From Clostridiales bacterium UBA1206 (GTDB taxonomy: Bacteria; Bacillota; Clostridia; Oscillospirales; CAG-382): DNA of 64,000 bases. Of this stretch, positions 47,563 through 55,974 are shown piece after piece. Where the stretch lies: the NCBI GenBank assembly GCA_002310055.1, contig DBXS01000031.1, positions 93,572 to 157,571 on the forward strand, given 5' to 3'. The notes under the pieces are model-generated. The model searched no databases and was not told the DNA's origin. It saw only the letters and a program-made list of their open reading frames with translations. Both the position numbers and the translations under genes were made by a program. Numbering within the stretch: position 1 is the stretch's first letter; the number at the start of each line of letters is the position of its first letter.

Positions 47563-49245
47563 ATGAAAGGAAGCGCGGTCCGAGCGATCGCCAACGGTAC
47601 GGATATTATGAAAAGAATCGCATCTTTAATCATCGCCGCCGCGCTGACGGCTTCCCTGCTTTGCGCCTGCGCTTCGCCGGGCGAAGACGTATCTGACGCC
47701 GAAGAAGCAAGCGGCGAAAGCGCCGTCTCCGCCGAAAGCGCGCCCGAAGACGTATCCGGAATCATGTCGGAGCCGGAGGAGGAAAGCGGGACGGAAATCG
47801 TCGAAAAAGACTGGCCCGTGCTCACCGGCACGTTCATCCAGCCGTATCTGCTCAATTCGTTTTCCGATAAAAAAATGCAGAAGCACTGCGACTATCTGCT
47901 GGAAGCAGGCATTGACACCATCATCCTCCAGTGGTCGCTCGACGACAAAGACGGCGTCGTGACCGGCGCGTATTATCCCTGCGGGCTCAGCGAAAACGGA
48001 AAGATATATTCCTCGGTCGCGGACCGTCTGCTCAAGACCTGCGAAGCAAAAGGGATGAAAGTCGTAATGGGACTCAACAACCCCGACACGTGGTTTTCCA
48101 AGGTGCTTGAAGACGTTGAATGGTACGAGCGCGAAGCCGATCTGGGCGTGCGCGCAGCGCGCGAGATATACGCGCTTTACAAGGAAAAATACCCGAACGC
48201 GCTTTACGCTTGGTATTTTACGCCCGAGTATTACAGCGGCATGGGCAAAAACGACCGCGCCGCGGATTTTCTGAACCTTTACATAGATCCGCTCAACGAG
48301 CTCGACCCTGCGATGCCCGTGTACTTTTCGCCGTTTCTGAAGAGCAGCGTCACTCCCGCCGAGACCGAACGGCAGTGGACCGAGATATTCTCGCTCACGC
48401 ATTTCAGGCCGGGCGACGTGTTCATGCCGCAGGATTCGGTGGGCGCGGGCGGAATACAGCTTTCGGAGCTGGATACGTATTTCGCCGCACTGAAACGCGC
48501 GGTAGACACCTGCCCGGGCCTTGTGTTTATGGCGAACAACGAATGCTTCACCGGCAGCTACAAAGCCGCGCCTTTCGACCGCGTGGCGAAGCAGATAATC
48601 ATAAGCGGCAAGTACGTGAGCGGCAACGTCACGTTCGCGTATTCGCACTACGTTTCGCCCGACGTGACGGGCAATCCCGCGCTGCACGAAGAATACGTGC
48701 GCTACTATGAGACGGGCGAATACGACGTGCCCGAGACCGAGCCGCGTTTATCGTACGACGGCCCCAAAACGATGGTCTCGCTGGGTAAGCCCTACACCGG
48801 AGCGGTGAGCTCGCGCGGGGACGGCTGGGACGACGACGGCGTCAAGCTGACCGACGGCGACATACCCGGCTGCAGCGGCAACACACACGCGTATTTCGGC
48901 GCGAGCTGCAAGGGCGCAGAGATAATAATAGATCTGGGCGAAGCGACCGAAAACATTTCGGAATTCGCGCTTTACACCTGTTTCGGCAGCTGGGGCATCA
49001 ACAGCCCCGACAGCGTGACCTACTACGTTTCGGAAGACGGCGAAAACTGGACCCCTGCGGGCGGCACGGTGTATTCGTATATGCTCGAATTCGCCGAAAA
49101 GACCGACGAATGGTCGCTTTACGATTTTAAGCTCGTTTCTTCCGCCCCGTTACGCGGCAGATACGTAAAGGCTTCTGTCGACTGCAACGGCTGGCTCTGG
49201 ATAAGCGAGTTCGCGGTCTACACCTACGACGCCGAGGAAAGCTGA
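47563..49245 (+). CDS. secreted or lipid-anchored DUF4434-like glycoside-hydrolase-like protein with a C-terminal F5/8-type-C (CBM32-like) module
   Basis: Signal 'MKRIASLIIAAALTASLLCAC', a Ser/Glu linker, 'LTGTFIQPYL' and the C-terminal 'KLTDGD...RGRYVKASV...WISEFAVY'. The start is ATG 47563 or ATG 47608. Confidence 0.7.
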   Translation: MKGSAVRAIANGTDIMKRIASLIIAAALTASLLCACASPGEDVSDAEEASGESAVSAESAPEDVSGIMSEPEEESGTEIVEKDWPVLTGTFIQPYLLNSFSDKKMQKHCDYLLEAGIDTIILQWSLDDKDGVVTGAYYPCGLSENGKIYSSVADRLLKTCEAKGMKVVMGLNNPDTWFSKVLEDVEWYEREADLGVRAAREIYALYKEKYPNALYAWYFTPEYYSGMGKNDRAADFLNLYIDPLNELDPAMPVYFSPFLKSSVTPAETERQWTEIFSLTHFRPGDVFMPQDSVGAGGIQLSELDTYFAALKRAVDTCPGLVFMANNECFTGSYKAAPFDRVAKQIIISGKYVSGNVTFAYSHYVSPDVTGNPALHEEYVRYYETGEYDVPETEPRLSYDGPKTMVSLGKPYTGAVSSRGDGWDDDGVKLTDGDIPGCSGNTHAYFGASCKGAEIIIDLGEATENISEFALYTCFGSWGINSPDSVTYYVSEDGENWTPAGGTVYSYMLEFAEKTDEWSLYDFKLVSSAPLRGRYVKASVDCNGWLWISEFAVYTYDAEES

Positions 49246-49250
49246 ACGAA

Positions 49251-49823
49251 ATGACCGGTTTTGAACTTGAGATTCTGAGATCGATACAGTCGATCAAATG
49301 CGGCTTTCTGGACGCGGTGATGCCGGCGATTTCTTCGCTGTGCAACTGGGGCGCGCTGTGGATAGCCGCGGCGATAGTGCTTTTGTGTTTTAAAAAGACG
49401 CGCAGATGGGGCGTGACTCTGGCGGTCGCGCTGATTCTGTGCGGACTGTTGAACAACATCATACTCAAAAACCTCATTGCGCGCGAGCGGCCTTTCGTCG
49501 TGGATCCCACGATAAAGCTCATAATAGAGACTCCGCGCGAATACTCGTTCCCGTCGGGGCACACGCTCACGAGTTTCGCCGCCGCGACCGTGTTTATGTA
49601 TTACGACCGCAAACGCCTGGGGATCGCCGCGCTCGTGATCGCGTTCCTGATAGCGTTTTCGCGGCTTTACCTGCAGGTGCACTTCCCTACGGACGTGCTG
49701 GGCGGCGCGGCGCTGGGCGTCGCGTTCGCTTTTGCGGCGATAGGTATAACAGAAAAGCTCATACCCGGGATCCGGCTGCGCAGAGCAAAACGCGGCGGGG
49801 AGCAAAACGAAAAGGAGAACTGA
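49251..49823 (+). CDS. PAP2-family phosphatase
   Basis: 190 aa. The 'KNLIARERP', 'SFPSGHT' and 'SRLYLQVHFPTDV' tripartite PAP2 motif is present. Confidence 0.9.
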   Translation: MTGFELEILRSIQSIKCGFLDAVMPAISSLCNWGALWIAAAIVLLCFKKTRRWGVTLAVALILCGLLNNIILKNLIARERPFVVDPTIKLIIETPREYSFPSGHTLTSFAAATVFMYYDRKRLGIAALVIAFLIAFSRLYLQVHFPTDVLGGAALGVAFAFAAIGITEKLIPGIRLRRAKRGGEQNEKEN

Positions 49824-49826
49824 AAA

Positions 49827-50588
49827 ATGGCGCTTATTCATCTTGATTTCTTTTCCAACGTACTGGGAAAATGCGTGAAAGCGGACGTCATCCTGCCGCA
49901 GTCGACGACGGGGCAGATAGGGCTTGAGGGGAACGCCGGGAACGAATTCCCCACCCTGTATCTGCTGCACGGGATGAGCGACGACGAGACTATATGGCAG
50001 CGCCGCACGGCGATAGAACGCTATGCGACCTACCGCGGCTGCGCCGTCGTGATGCCCACGAGCGACCTGGGCTGGTACACCGACATGGAATGCGGATATC
50101 AGCGCTACTACACGTATATAGCAAAAGAACTGCCGGAAATATGCCGTTCGTTTTTCCGCGGGATGTCGGCGAAGCGCGAACTGAACTGGGTCGCCGGACT
50201 TTCGATGGGCGGCTACGGCGCGCTGAAGATAGGCCTTAACGAAAGCGAAAGCTTTTCACGCGCGATATGCCTTTCCGGCGCTTATACCGTCGAAGACCGC
50301 CCGAACGCTCCGTACTGGAACGCGATATTCGGCGAAGGAGAAGCCCGCGAAAAACACACGATAACGCACGCGATAGAAACGCTTGCAAAAGAAAACCGTC
50401 AGAAGCCGCTGATCTATATGGCGTGCGGCACCGAGGACGCGCTGCTTCCCGACAGCCGCAAAACGCGCGATATGCTTAAGAAAGACGGCTTTGACGTGAC
50501 CTACGCCGAAGCACCCGGCGGCCACACCTGGGAATTCTGGGACAAGCAGATAGAGATTGCGCTGCTCGACTGGACGAAACGTGACTGA
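49827..50588 (+). CDS. alpha/beta-hydrolase esterase (esterase D / CE1-like)
   Basis: 253 aa with the nucleophile elbow 'GLSMGGYGAL', 'FPTLYLLHG' and 'GGHTWEFW'. The SD is AAGGAGA. Confidence 0.8.
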   Translation: MALIHLDFFSNVLGKCVKADVILPQSTTGQIGLEGNAGNEFPTLYLLHGMSDDETIWQRRTAIERYATYRGCAVVMPTSDLGWYTDMECGYQRYYTYIAKELPEICRSFFRGMSAKRELNWVAGLSMGGYGALKIGLNESESFSRAICLSGAYTVEDRPNAPYWNAIFGEGEAREKHTITHAIETLAKENRQKPLIYMACGTEDALLPDSRKTRDMLKKDGFDVTYAEAPGGHTWEFWDKQIEIALLDWTKRD

Positions 50589-51328
50589 TGATACATTCTT
50601 TTGAACTGCTCGGTATAACGGTATATCCGTTCACGCTGTGCGCGCTCGCGGGCGCGGCGGCGTTCGCTCTGCTCGCATGGCGGTTCGCCAAACGGCACGG
50701 TGAGACCGACTATATCATATTGAAACTGCTTATAGCGGCGTATTTCGGCGTCGCCGGCGCGCTCTTGTACGACACGCTGTTCAAGTTCATAGAAACGGGC
50801 AGGTTCGTTTTCGGCGGCATATCTTTTTACGGCGGGCTGATAGGCGGCGCCGCGGCGCTGTACGTGCTGTGCCGGCGCGACAAAAGCTCGTCGCTCACGC
50901 CGATCGAATGGATGGACGGCATGACTCTGCCGTTTCTGGCGTTCCATTTCTGCGGCAGGATCGGCTGTTTTCTGGGCGGCTGCTGTTACGGAAAGACGAC
51001 CGAAAGCTTTTTGGGCGTGTATTTCCCCGATATCCCCGAAGACAACGTGTTCCATTACGGTCAGAAATGTCTGCCGACGCAGCTGTTCGAGGCGGCGGCG
51101 ATAGCGCTGTGCGCGCTGCTTCTGGCGACGCTTTTGAAAAAGCGCAAGTTTATGAATTATCTCATCCTCTACCCGGTCTGCCGGTTCGTTATAGAGTTCT
51201 GGCGCGGCGACGACCGCGGCTCGACGGGGTTCTTCCTTTCGCCCTCGCAGCTCGTCTCTTTGCTGATACTCGTCATCCCGGCGGTATATTACATAAAATC
51301 TTGCAGAAACAATAAAAGGAGCGTATAA
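50588..51328 (+). CDS. lgt: prolipoprotein diacylglyceryl transferase
   Basis: 246 aa. 'ISFYGGLIGG', 'GRIGCFLGGCCYGK', 'PTQLFEA' and 'EFWRGDDRG' are Lgt signature blocks. There is a TGATG overlap with the upstream gene. Confidence 0.9.
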   Translation: MIHSFELLGITVYPFTLCALAGAAAFALLAWRFAKRHGETDYIILKLLIAAYFGVAGALLYDTLFKFIETGRFVFGGISFYGGLIGGAAALYVLCRRDKSSSLTPIEWMDGMTLPFLAFHFCGRIGCFLGGCCYGKTTESFLGVYFPDIPEDNVFHYGQKCLPTQLFEAAAIALCALLLATLLKKRKFMNYLILYPVCRFVIEFWRGDDRGSTGFFLSPSQLVSLLILVIPAVYYIKSCRNNKRSV

Positions 51329-51332
51329 AACC

Positions 51333-52502
51333 ATGGAAAAATTCAACGTAGGTATTATCGGTCTCGGCTGCCGCGGCAGCTGGGCGGTGAAGGATATACT
51401 CACCGAGCGCGAAGACGTAAACGTGACGTTCGTCTGCGACGAATACGAAGACCGCACCGAGGAAAGCAAAGCGGTCGTGGAAAAGAAGCAGGGGCACACT
51501 CCGCACACTTCGCTCGACTGGCACGACGTCGTCAACTCGCCCGACGTGGACGTGGTGGTGAACTGCACCGCGTGGGAAGGGCACGTGCCCATAAGCACCG
51601 CCGCGATGGAGGCGGGCAAGCCCGTGGCTATGGAAGTAGGCGGCGCGTATCAGCTTGACGAATGCTACCGGCTGGTGGATACATATAAAAAAACAGGCAT
51701 CCATTGCATGATGCTTGAAAACTGCTGTTTCAACCGCGAAGAGCTTATGGTCCTCAATATGGTGCAGCAGGGGCTCTTTGGCAAAATAGTGGCGTGCAGC
51801 GGCGGGTATCAGCACGACTTGCGCGAAGAGATAACTTTCGGCCGCGAAAACCGTCATTACAGACTGCGCAACTACAAGGCGCGCAATACCGATAACTACC
51901 CGACCCACGAACTGGGCCCCATAGCAAAAGTCCTTGACCTGGGCCACGGCAACAGGATGAAATATCTCGTTTCGATGGCGACGGGCAGCTGGGGACTGAA
52001 CGACTACGCCCGGCGCAACGAAAAAGCGGATCCCGAACTGAGGGATTACAAATTCCATCAGGGCGACATAGTAAAGACCCTGATAATGTGCGAAGGCGGC
52101 GAGACCGTAACGCTCACGCTCGACACCACCCTGCCCCGCAGCTATTCGCGCGGGTTCACGGTGCGCGGCACCCGCGGCGCCTATTTCGAAGACGGCGACG
52201 GCGTGTTCCTCGACGGCGTGAACAACGAATGGGACAAGAGCTTTTACAACAACAAGCAGCAGTTCTTTGAAAAATACGACCATCCGCTGTGGCAAAAAGG
52301 CGGCGCGCTGGATTTCCGCGGCGGACACGGCGGCATGGACTGGCTGGTGTACGACGAATTCTTCCGCTACGTGCGCACCGGGAACACCCCCTGGATCGAC
52401 ACCTACGACACCGCTTCGTGGATGAGCATTACCCCGCTCGCCGCAAAGTCTATAGAAAACGGCTCCGCACCCGTCGAGATCCCCGATATGCGGGAAATAT
52501 GA
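51333..52502 (+). CDS. Gfo/Idh/MocA-family NAD-dependent oxidoreductase (GH109-like)
   Basis: 389 aa with Rossmann fold 'NVGIIGLGCRGSW' and 'MLENCCF'. The length and blocks resemble GH109 alpha-N-acetylgalactosaminidase-type proteins, but there is no signal peptide. Confidence 0.75.
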   Translation: MEKFNVGIIGLGCRGSWAVKDILTEREDVNVTFVCDEYEDRTEESKAVVEKKQGHTPHTSLDWHDVVNSPDVDVVVNCTAWEGHVPISTAAMEAGKPVAMEVGGAYQLDECYRLVDTYKKTGIHCMMLENCCFNREELMVLNMVQQGLFGKIVACSGGYQHDLREEITFGRENRHYRLRNYKARNTDNYPTHELGPIAKVLDLGHGNRMKYLVSMATGSWGLNDYARRNEKADPELRDYKFHQGDIVKTLIMCEGGETVTLTLDTTLPRSYSRGFTVRGTRGAYFEDGDGVFLDGVNNEWDKSFYNNKQQFFEKYDHPLWQKGGALDFRGGHGGMDWLVYDEFFRYVRTGNTPWIDTYDTASWMSITPLAAKSIENGSAPVEIPDMREI

Positions 52503-52519
52503 ATACAGTCAAAAACAGG

Positions 52520-52548
52520 AACGCCGCGCAGCAAAACTGCGCGGCGTA
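52520..52548 (+). repeat. direct repeat copy 1 (29 bp, identical to 54713-54741)
   Basis: aacgccgcgcagcaaaactgcgcggcgta. The flanks are also similar (aaaacagN...N tttt). Confidence 0.95.
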
Positions 52549-52553
52549 GTTTT
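52521..52553 (+). terminator. intrinsic terminator after the GH109-like gene
   Basis: A perfect 11-bp stem acgccgcgcag / ctgcgcggcgt with a 5-nt loop, followed by agtttt. Confidence 0.8.
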
Positions 52554-52642
52554 GAAAAAGTATAATAAAAATATACTTCCCGTAAACGCCGAATTGTGGA
52601 ACGTTGCTAAGAAAATACTGCAAATTTGGTCAATTATGTCTA

Positions 52643-52672
52643 TTGACATTCTGTTACTATCAAGTGTATAAT
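52643..52672 (+). promoter_or_regulatory. sigma-70 promoter (extended -10) for the AT-rich island genes
   Basis: TTGACA (52643-52648), an 18-nt spacer, then TGtTATAAT (52664-52672), 54 nt upstream of the ATG at 52727. Confidence 0.6.
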
Positions 52673-52726
52673 TTATAGGGAGGAAAGTATTTAACAGAAT
52701 GGCTATGTGAACTGAAAGGAGTAAAT

Positions 52727-53854
52727 ATGAAAAAAGTATTATCTTTTACGATTTGCGTTTTGTTGCTTGTTCAAATCTCTTTCGTTTGTATTCCTTTAGC
52801 AGTAGCAGCTTTGCCCAGCACACTTTCTCAGAATAAAGTTTACTTAATTAAGAACGCAGCAACAGATATGTATCTTGGCCAGAGCGGTTTGGATTTAACG
52901 CCCTGTTTTGCTTCCACAAACACTTTAACGTATGGCCCGAATCAACTTTTCCGGCTGACTGAGTCAGGAGGCTCAGGCTTGATTATGCCTATGACCACCT
53001 GTTCAAACAGTTTGACTTCAAATCTGGCGCTCAGTTATTACAACAACGGGCAAAATAATCTTGGCTATTTTGTATATTTTACCACCGCGTCTGTTTCAAC
53101 TTTTTGGACAATTACAAAACTTAACAACGGGAATTATACGATACGTTCCACATACTATGGTAATAGCAGCAATTATTTGTCCATCCAATCGTCATCAGGA
53201 AACGTCGTGGTTTCTTCCTACAGCGGCGCATACTCCGAATGGATAATTACTGAAATCATCAACGATATGTACTTTAATAGTGGTTATACTTATTTGTCAC
53301 AACCAAGTAATGTATGTGCAAAAAGTACAGCTGATGTTGAATCTTTGTTTACAACAAACGTGCTTTTAGGCACACAAGACTGGAATGGTTATTCCGAAAA
53401 TGTCAACGTCACTTATCTTAACCATACCCAATCTATTCCTTCCGGAAAAAATGATCTAATAACCATTTCATCGGATTACAATAACCAACTACCAGAAGAT
53501 GCTTTGGGATGTGCATGCCCTGTAATTGCTTTTTCTGTCCAATATAATCCGAGTGAAATATCATTAAACAGTAATTGGCAGTTTGTGTTTATTTATTTGA
53601 ATTATGACGAAATATCTAGCCATAATTATTCCGACACTGCCCTAAGAGCGATTGTTGCTCACGAAACCGGTCATTGTTTAAAACTCAAACATACTGTCGG
53701 CGGCGAAATATACAATGCCAGGTATATCCCTTCAATTATGCAATTAAGTATTGATGTTTTTGATGGATATACGTATGTATATGCCTATTACTATTATTCT
53801 GCATATCATCCAACTACATATAATATTCATTCTTTAATCAATAAATGGAATTAA
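52727..53854 (+). CDS. secreted two-domain protein with an N-terminal beta-trefoil/ricin-B-like region and a C-terminal metzincin zinc protease
   Basis: Signal peptide 'MKKVLSFTICVLLLVQISFVCIPLAVAA'. The extended zinc motif 'HETGHCLKLKH' (aa 312-322, nt 53660-53692) is followed by a Met-turn-like 'PSIMQ'. The N-terminal half has three 'hydrophobic-x-W/F' pseudo-repeats ('QLFRL', 'TFWTITK', 'SEWIITE'). The composition is AT-rich. Confidence 0.75.
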   Translation: MKKVLSFTICVLLLVQISFVCIPLAVAALPSTLSQNKVYLIKNAATDMYLGQSGLDLTPCFASTNTLTYGPNQLFRLTESGGSGLIMPMTTCSNSLTSNLALSYYNNGQNNLGYFVYFTTASVSTFWTITKLNNGNYTIRSTYYGNSSNYLSIQSSSGNVVVSSYSGAYSEWIITEIINDMYFNSGYTYLSQPSNVCAKSTADVESLFTTNVLLGTQDWNGYSENVNVTYLNHTQSIPSGKNDLITISSDYNNQLPEDALGCACPVIAFSVQYNPSEISLNSNWQFVFIYLNYDEISSHNYSDTALRAIVAHETGHCLKLKHTVGGEIYNARYIPSIMQLSIDVFDGYTYVYAYYYYSAYHPTTYNIHSLINKWN

Positions 53855-53876
53855 GTATTTAGAAAGGAGTTTGTAT

Positions 53877-54695
53877 ATGAATACCAACAGATTTTTAGCT
53901 ATTATATGTGCGCTTATCACGGTTATGACGCTTTTCTTATCAGCTTGTGAAAAAGCCGATGATCCGTCGCTTGATGACACGGATCCTGTCTTGACTGCCG
54001 CATCGGATAAGCCGATCGTATCTGTATTAGGAAATCAAGACGTTTCAGTTACTCCGATCGTTTCAACGGTCTGCGACGATTTTGAATACCCTTTGGAAAA
54101 CCGCACCGAAAACCAGATCCTGCCTGATTTCGGCAATGTCAAAAACGGGCTTGATATGTGCACGGTGGTCAGTTTTAAGGATGCAGACGATTTGCTGGCA
54201 AGGAGACTGCAGCAAGACGGAGCCATAGTGACCGGCAGAAAAATATCTTGCGTAAGTTACAGCAAATTTGAAAAAACAGTATATTATGAATTTCACGAAG
54301 GCGTAAAAGGAGATATCATAAGATACTACACGATCACCCGCTTTCTGGTCGAAAACGTAGCCGAAGGGCAAGGTATCAAAGCCGGCGATATAATTACGAT
54401 CATAGAAGACTATTCGTTCCTCGACGACGGGAGCGCATATCAAATGGTGCCGCTTTACGCACCGCCGATATACGAAAACGAAGAATATCTTATAATTATC
54501 TCGCCCGACGAACACGAGTATATAAACGTCGAAAACGCCTGGGACGTCAGAGCCGCTATCCTTATCGACGAATTCAGCAGGAACTACGAACAGTATTCGA
54601 TAGAAGAAGCATTGAGATTCGAACAAAAGAGAGGATATTTTGCTAGGTTCGATATCGCCAAAGAGATGATCAAACGTTTTGTAGACGGAAAATAA
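53877..54695 (+). CDS. lipoprotein of unknown function, co-transcribed with the metzincin gene
   Basis: AAAGGAG sits 7 nt before the ATG at 53877. Signal/lipobox 'FLAIICALITVMTLFLSAC'. 272 aa with no recognisable motif. Confidence 0.65.
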   Translation: MNTNRFLAIICALITVMTLFLSACEKADDPSLDDTDPVLTAASDKPIVSVLGNQDVSVTPIVSTVCDDFEYPLENRTENQILPDFGNVKNGLDMCTVVSFKDADDLLARRLQQDGAIVTGRKISCVSYSKFEKTVYYEFHEGVKGDIIRYYTITRFLVENVAEGQGIKAGDIITIIEDYSFLDDGSAYQMVPLYAPPIYENEEYLIIISPDEHEYINVENAWDVRAAILIDEFSRNYEQYSIEEALRFEQKRGYFARFDIAKEMIKRFVDGK

Positions 54696-54712
54696 AACAT
54701 CCCCAAAACAGT

Positions 54713-54741
54713 AACGCCGCGCAGCAAAACTGCGCGGCGTA
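54713..54741 (+). repeat. direct repeat copy 2 (29 bp, identical to 52520-52548)
   Basis: aacgccgcgcagcaaaactgcgcggcgta. Confidence 0.95.
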
Positions 54742-54747
54742 ATTTTT
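54714..54747. terminator. bidirectional intrinsic terminator
   Basis: The same 11-bp stem and 5-nt loop as at 52521. It is followed by aattttt on the + strand and by tactgtttt on the - strand, between convergent genes. Confidence 0.8.
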
Positions 54748-54782
54748 ATCGCTTATACGTATTCGCTTATGTAACAGAAATA

Positions 54783-55949
54783 TCACTGCCCGTTGAGCTG
54801 ATAGTCGCCGGGGAACAGCACGTAATTGAGCAGCAGCACGGCGTCGGACGACGAGACCCCGCCGTCGCCGTCGAAATCGGCGGGCTGATATATGAGAAAA
54901 TCATCCGAAAAAAGCGTGTGCCTTAGCAGGAATATGGCGTCGTCGGAATCGACCGTGCCGTTGTTATCCATATCGCCGACCGTATATTCGGGACCTGTCT
55001 CGGGCAGAGCGGCGGTGAAAGAACCGAAATAGCTGTAATACCGTCCGCCGGCTATATCGATATACATACGGTAAACGTACGAGACCCCGGGATACAGCTC
55101 GACTCCGATCTGTGAAACGCATTCATACTGCGATATAACGAAAGTATCGACGGAATTAAGGTTCAAAATCTCTTCGTACGAACCGAGCATCACGCCCGAA
55201 GAAGTGTAAAGCTCCACTCCTCCGCGTTCGACGTCTTTTGCCGACGCCCCCCAAAGATCGGTGCGCATCGCCAATATGGCGTCTGTCGGCAAAACGAGCG
55301 ACGAAGCGGGAAGCTCGCTCCAGTCGGCAAGCACGGTGATATCCGGCTCTTCGGGTTCTTCGGGCTCTTCGGGTCCCGAATAACCGGAACCAAGGCCGTA
55401 ACCGACGGATTCGTCGACTTCGACGTTTACGTAATGATACCCTTTTTCAAACGAGCATTTTTTCCAGTCTTTGACCCATTTGCCATTGCTGTTGTAATAG
55501 CCGAACCGCTGAAGCACGCCGTTGTGCATACGGTAATGGGTATCGCTGATATAGACCTGATCCTTGTGTTTTTCGGCGGTAAAAAGCGTGTCTCCGCGGC
55601 GCTCGAGTATGATGATCCAGTGCGGATCGGACATCTTTACGATATCGCCGGTACGGATATCGGCGGCGCGTGAATAACGTTCGCCCTTCCAGCCGTAGGT
55701 GCCGTACATATAGTATTCGAAATCCGAACACAGCGAAGCGCACCCCCAGGCGCTGTACAGTCCGTGCTCGGGCATTTTTCTGTCTCCCCACGGAGTGCCG
55801 GCGTCCCAGCGGTCGTCGCTTAAGAACTGTTCGTACACAGCGCGGTATTCGGCGTACGTGCCGTACGTCGTGGCGGCGGACGCCGAAAACGCCGGTACGA
55901 GCAGCGCGAGCAGGAGGATCACGAAGAGCGTTTTTTTGAAGATCTTCAT
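54783..55949 (-). CDS. secreted papain-like (NlpC/P60- or CHAP-like) amidase/peptidase candidate with a C-terminal dockerin
   Basis: Signal 'MKIFKKTLFVILLLALLVPAFSASA'. Candidate Cys/His pair 'WGCASLCSDF' and 'GDIVKMSDPHWIIIL'. 'PEEPEEPEEPD' linker. Dockerin 'GDMDNNGTVDSDDAIFLLRHTLF...ADFDGDGGVSSSDAVLLLNYVLFPG'. The start is ATG 55949 or 55955. Confidence 0.65.
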   Translation of the reverse strand: MKIFKKTLFVILLLALLVPAFSASAATTYGTYAEYRAVYEQFLSDDRWDAGTPWGDRKMPEHGLYSAWGCASLCSDFEYYMYGTYGWKGERYSRAADIRTGDIVKMSDPHWIIILERRGDTLFTAEKHKDQVYISDTHYRMHNGVLQRFGYYNSNGKWVKDWKKCSFEKGYHYVNVEVDESVGYGLGSGYSGPEEPEEPEEPDITVLADWSELPASSLVLPTDAILAMRTDLWGASAKDVERGGVELYTSSGVMLGSYEEILNLNSVDTFVISQYECVSQIGVELYPGVSYVYRMYIDIAGGRYYSYFGSFTAALPETGPEYTVGDMDNNGTVDSDDAIFLLRHTLFSDDFLIYQPADFDGDGGVSSSDAVLLLNYVLFPGDYQLNGQ

Positions 55950-55974
55950 AAACATATTCCTGTTTTCGTTTTTC

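Noticed and set aside
52549-54712. Calling the AT-rich segment a mobile element
   Set aside because: The segment contains no integrase, transposase, recombinase or terminal inverted repeats. Only the flanking direct repeat and the composition shift are visible, so it is reported as a finding and not annotated as a mobile_element.
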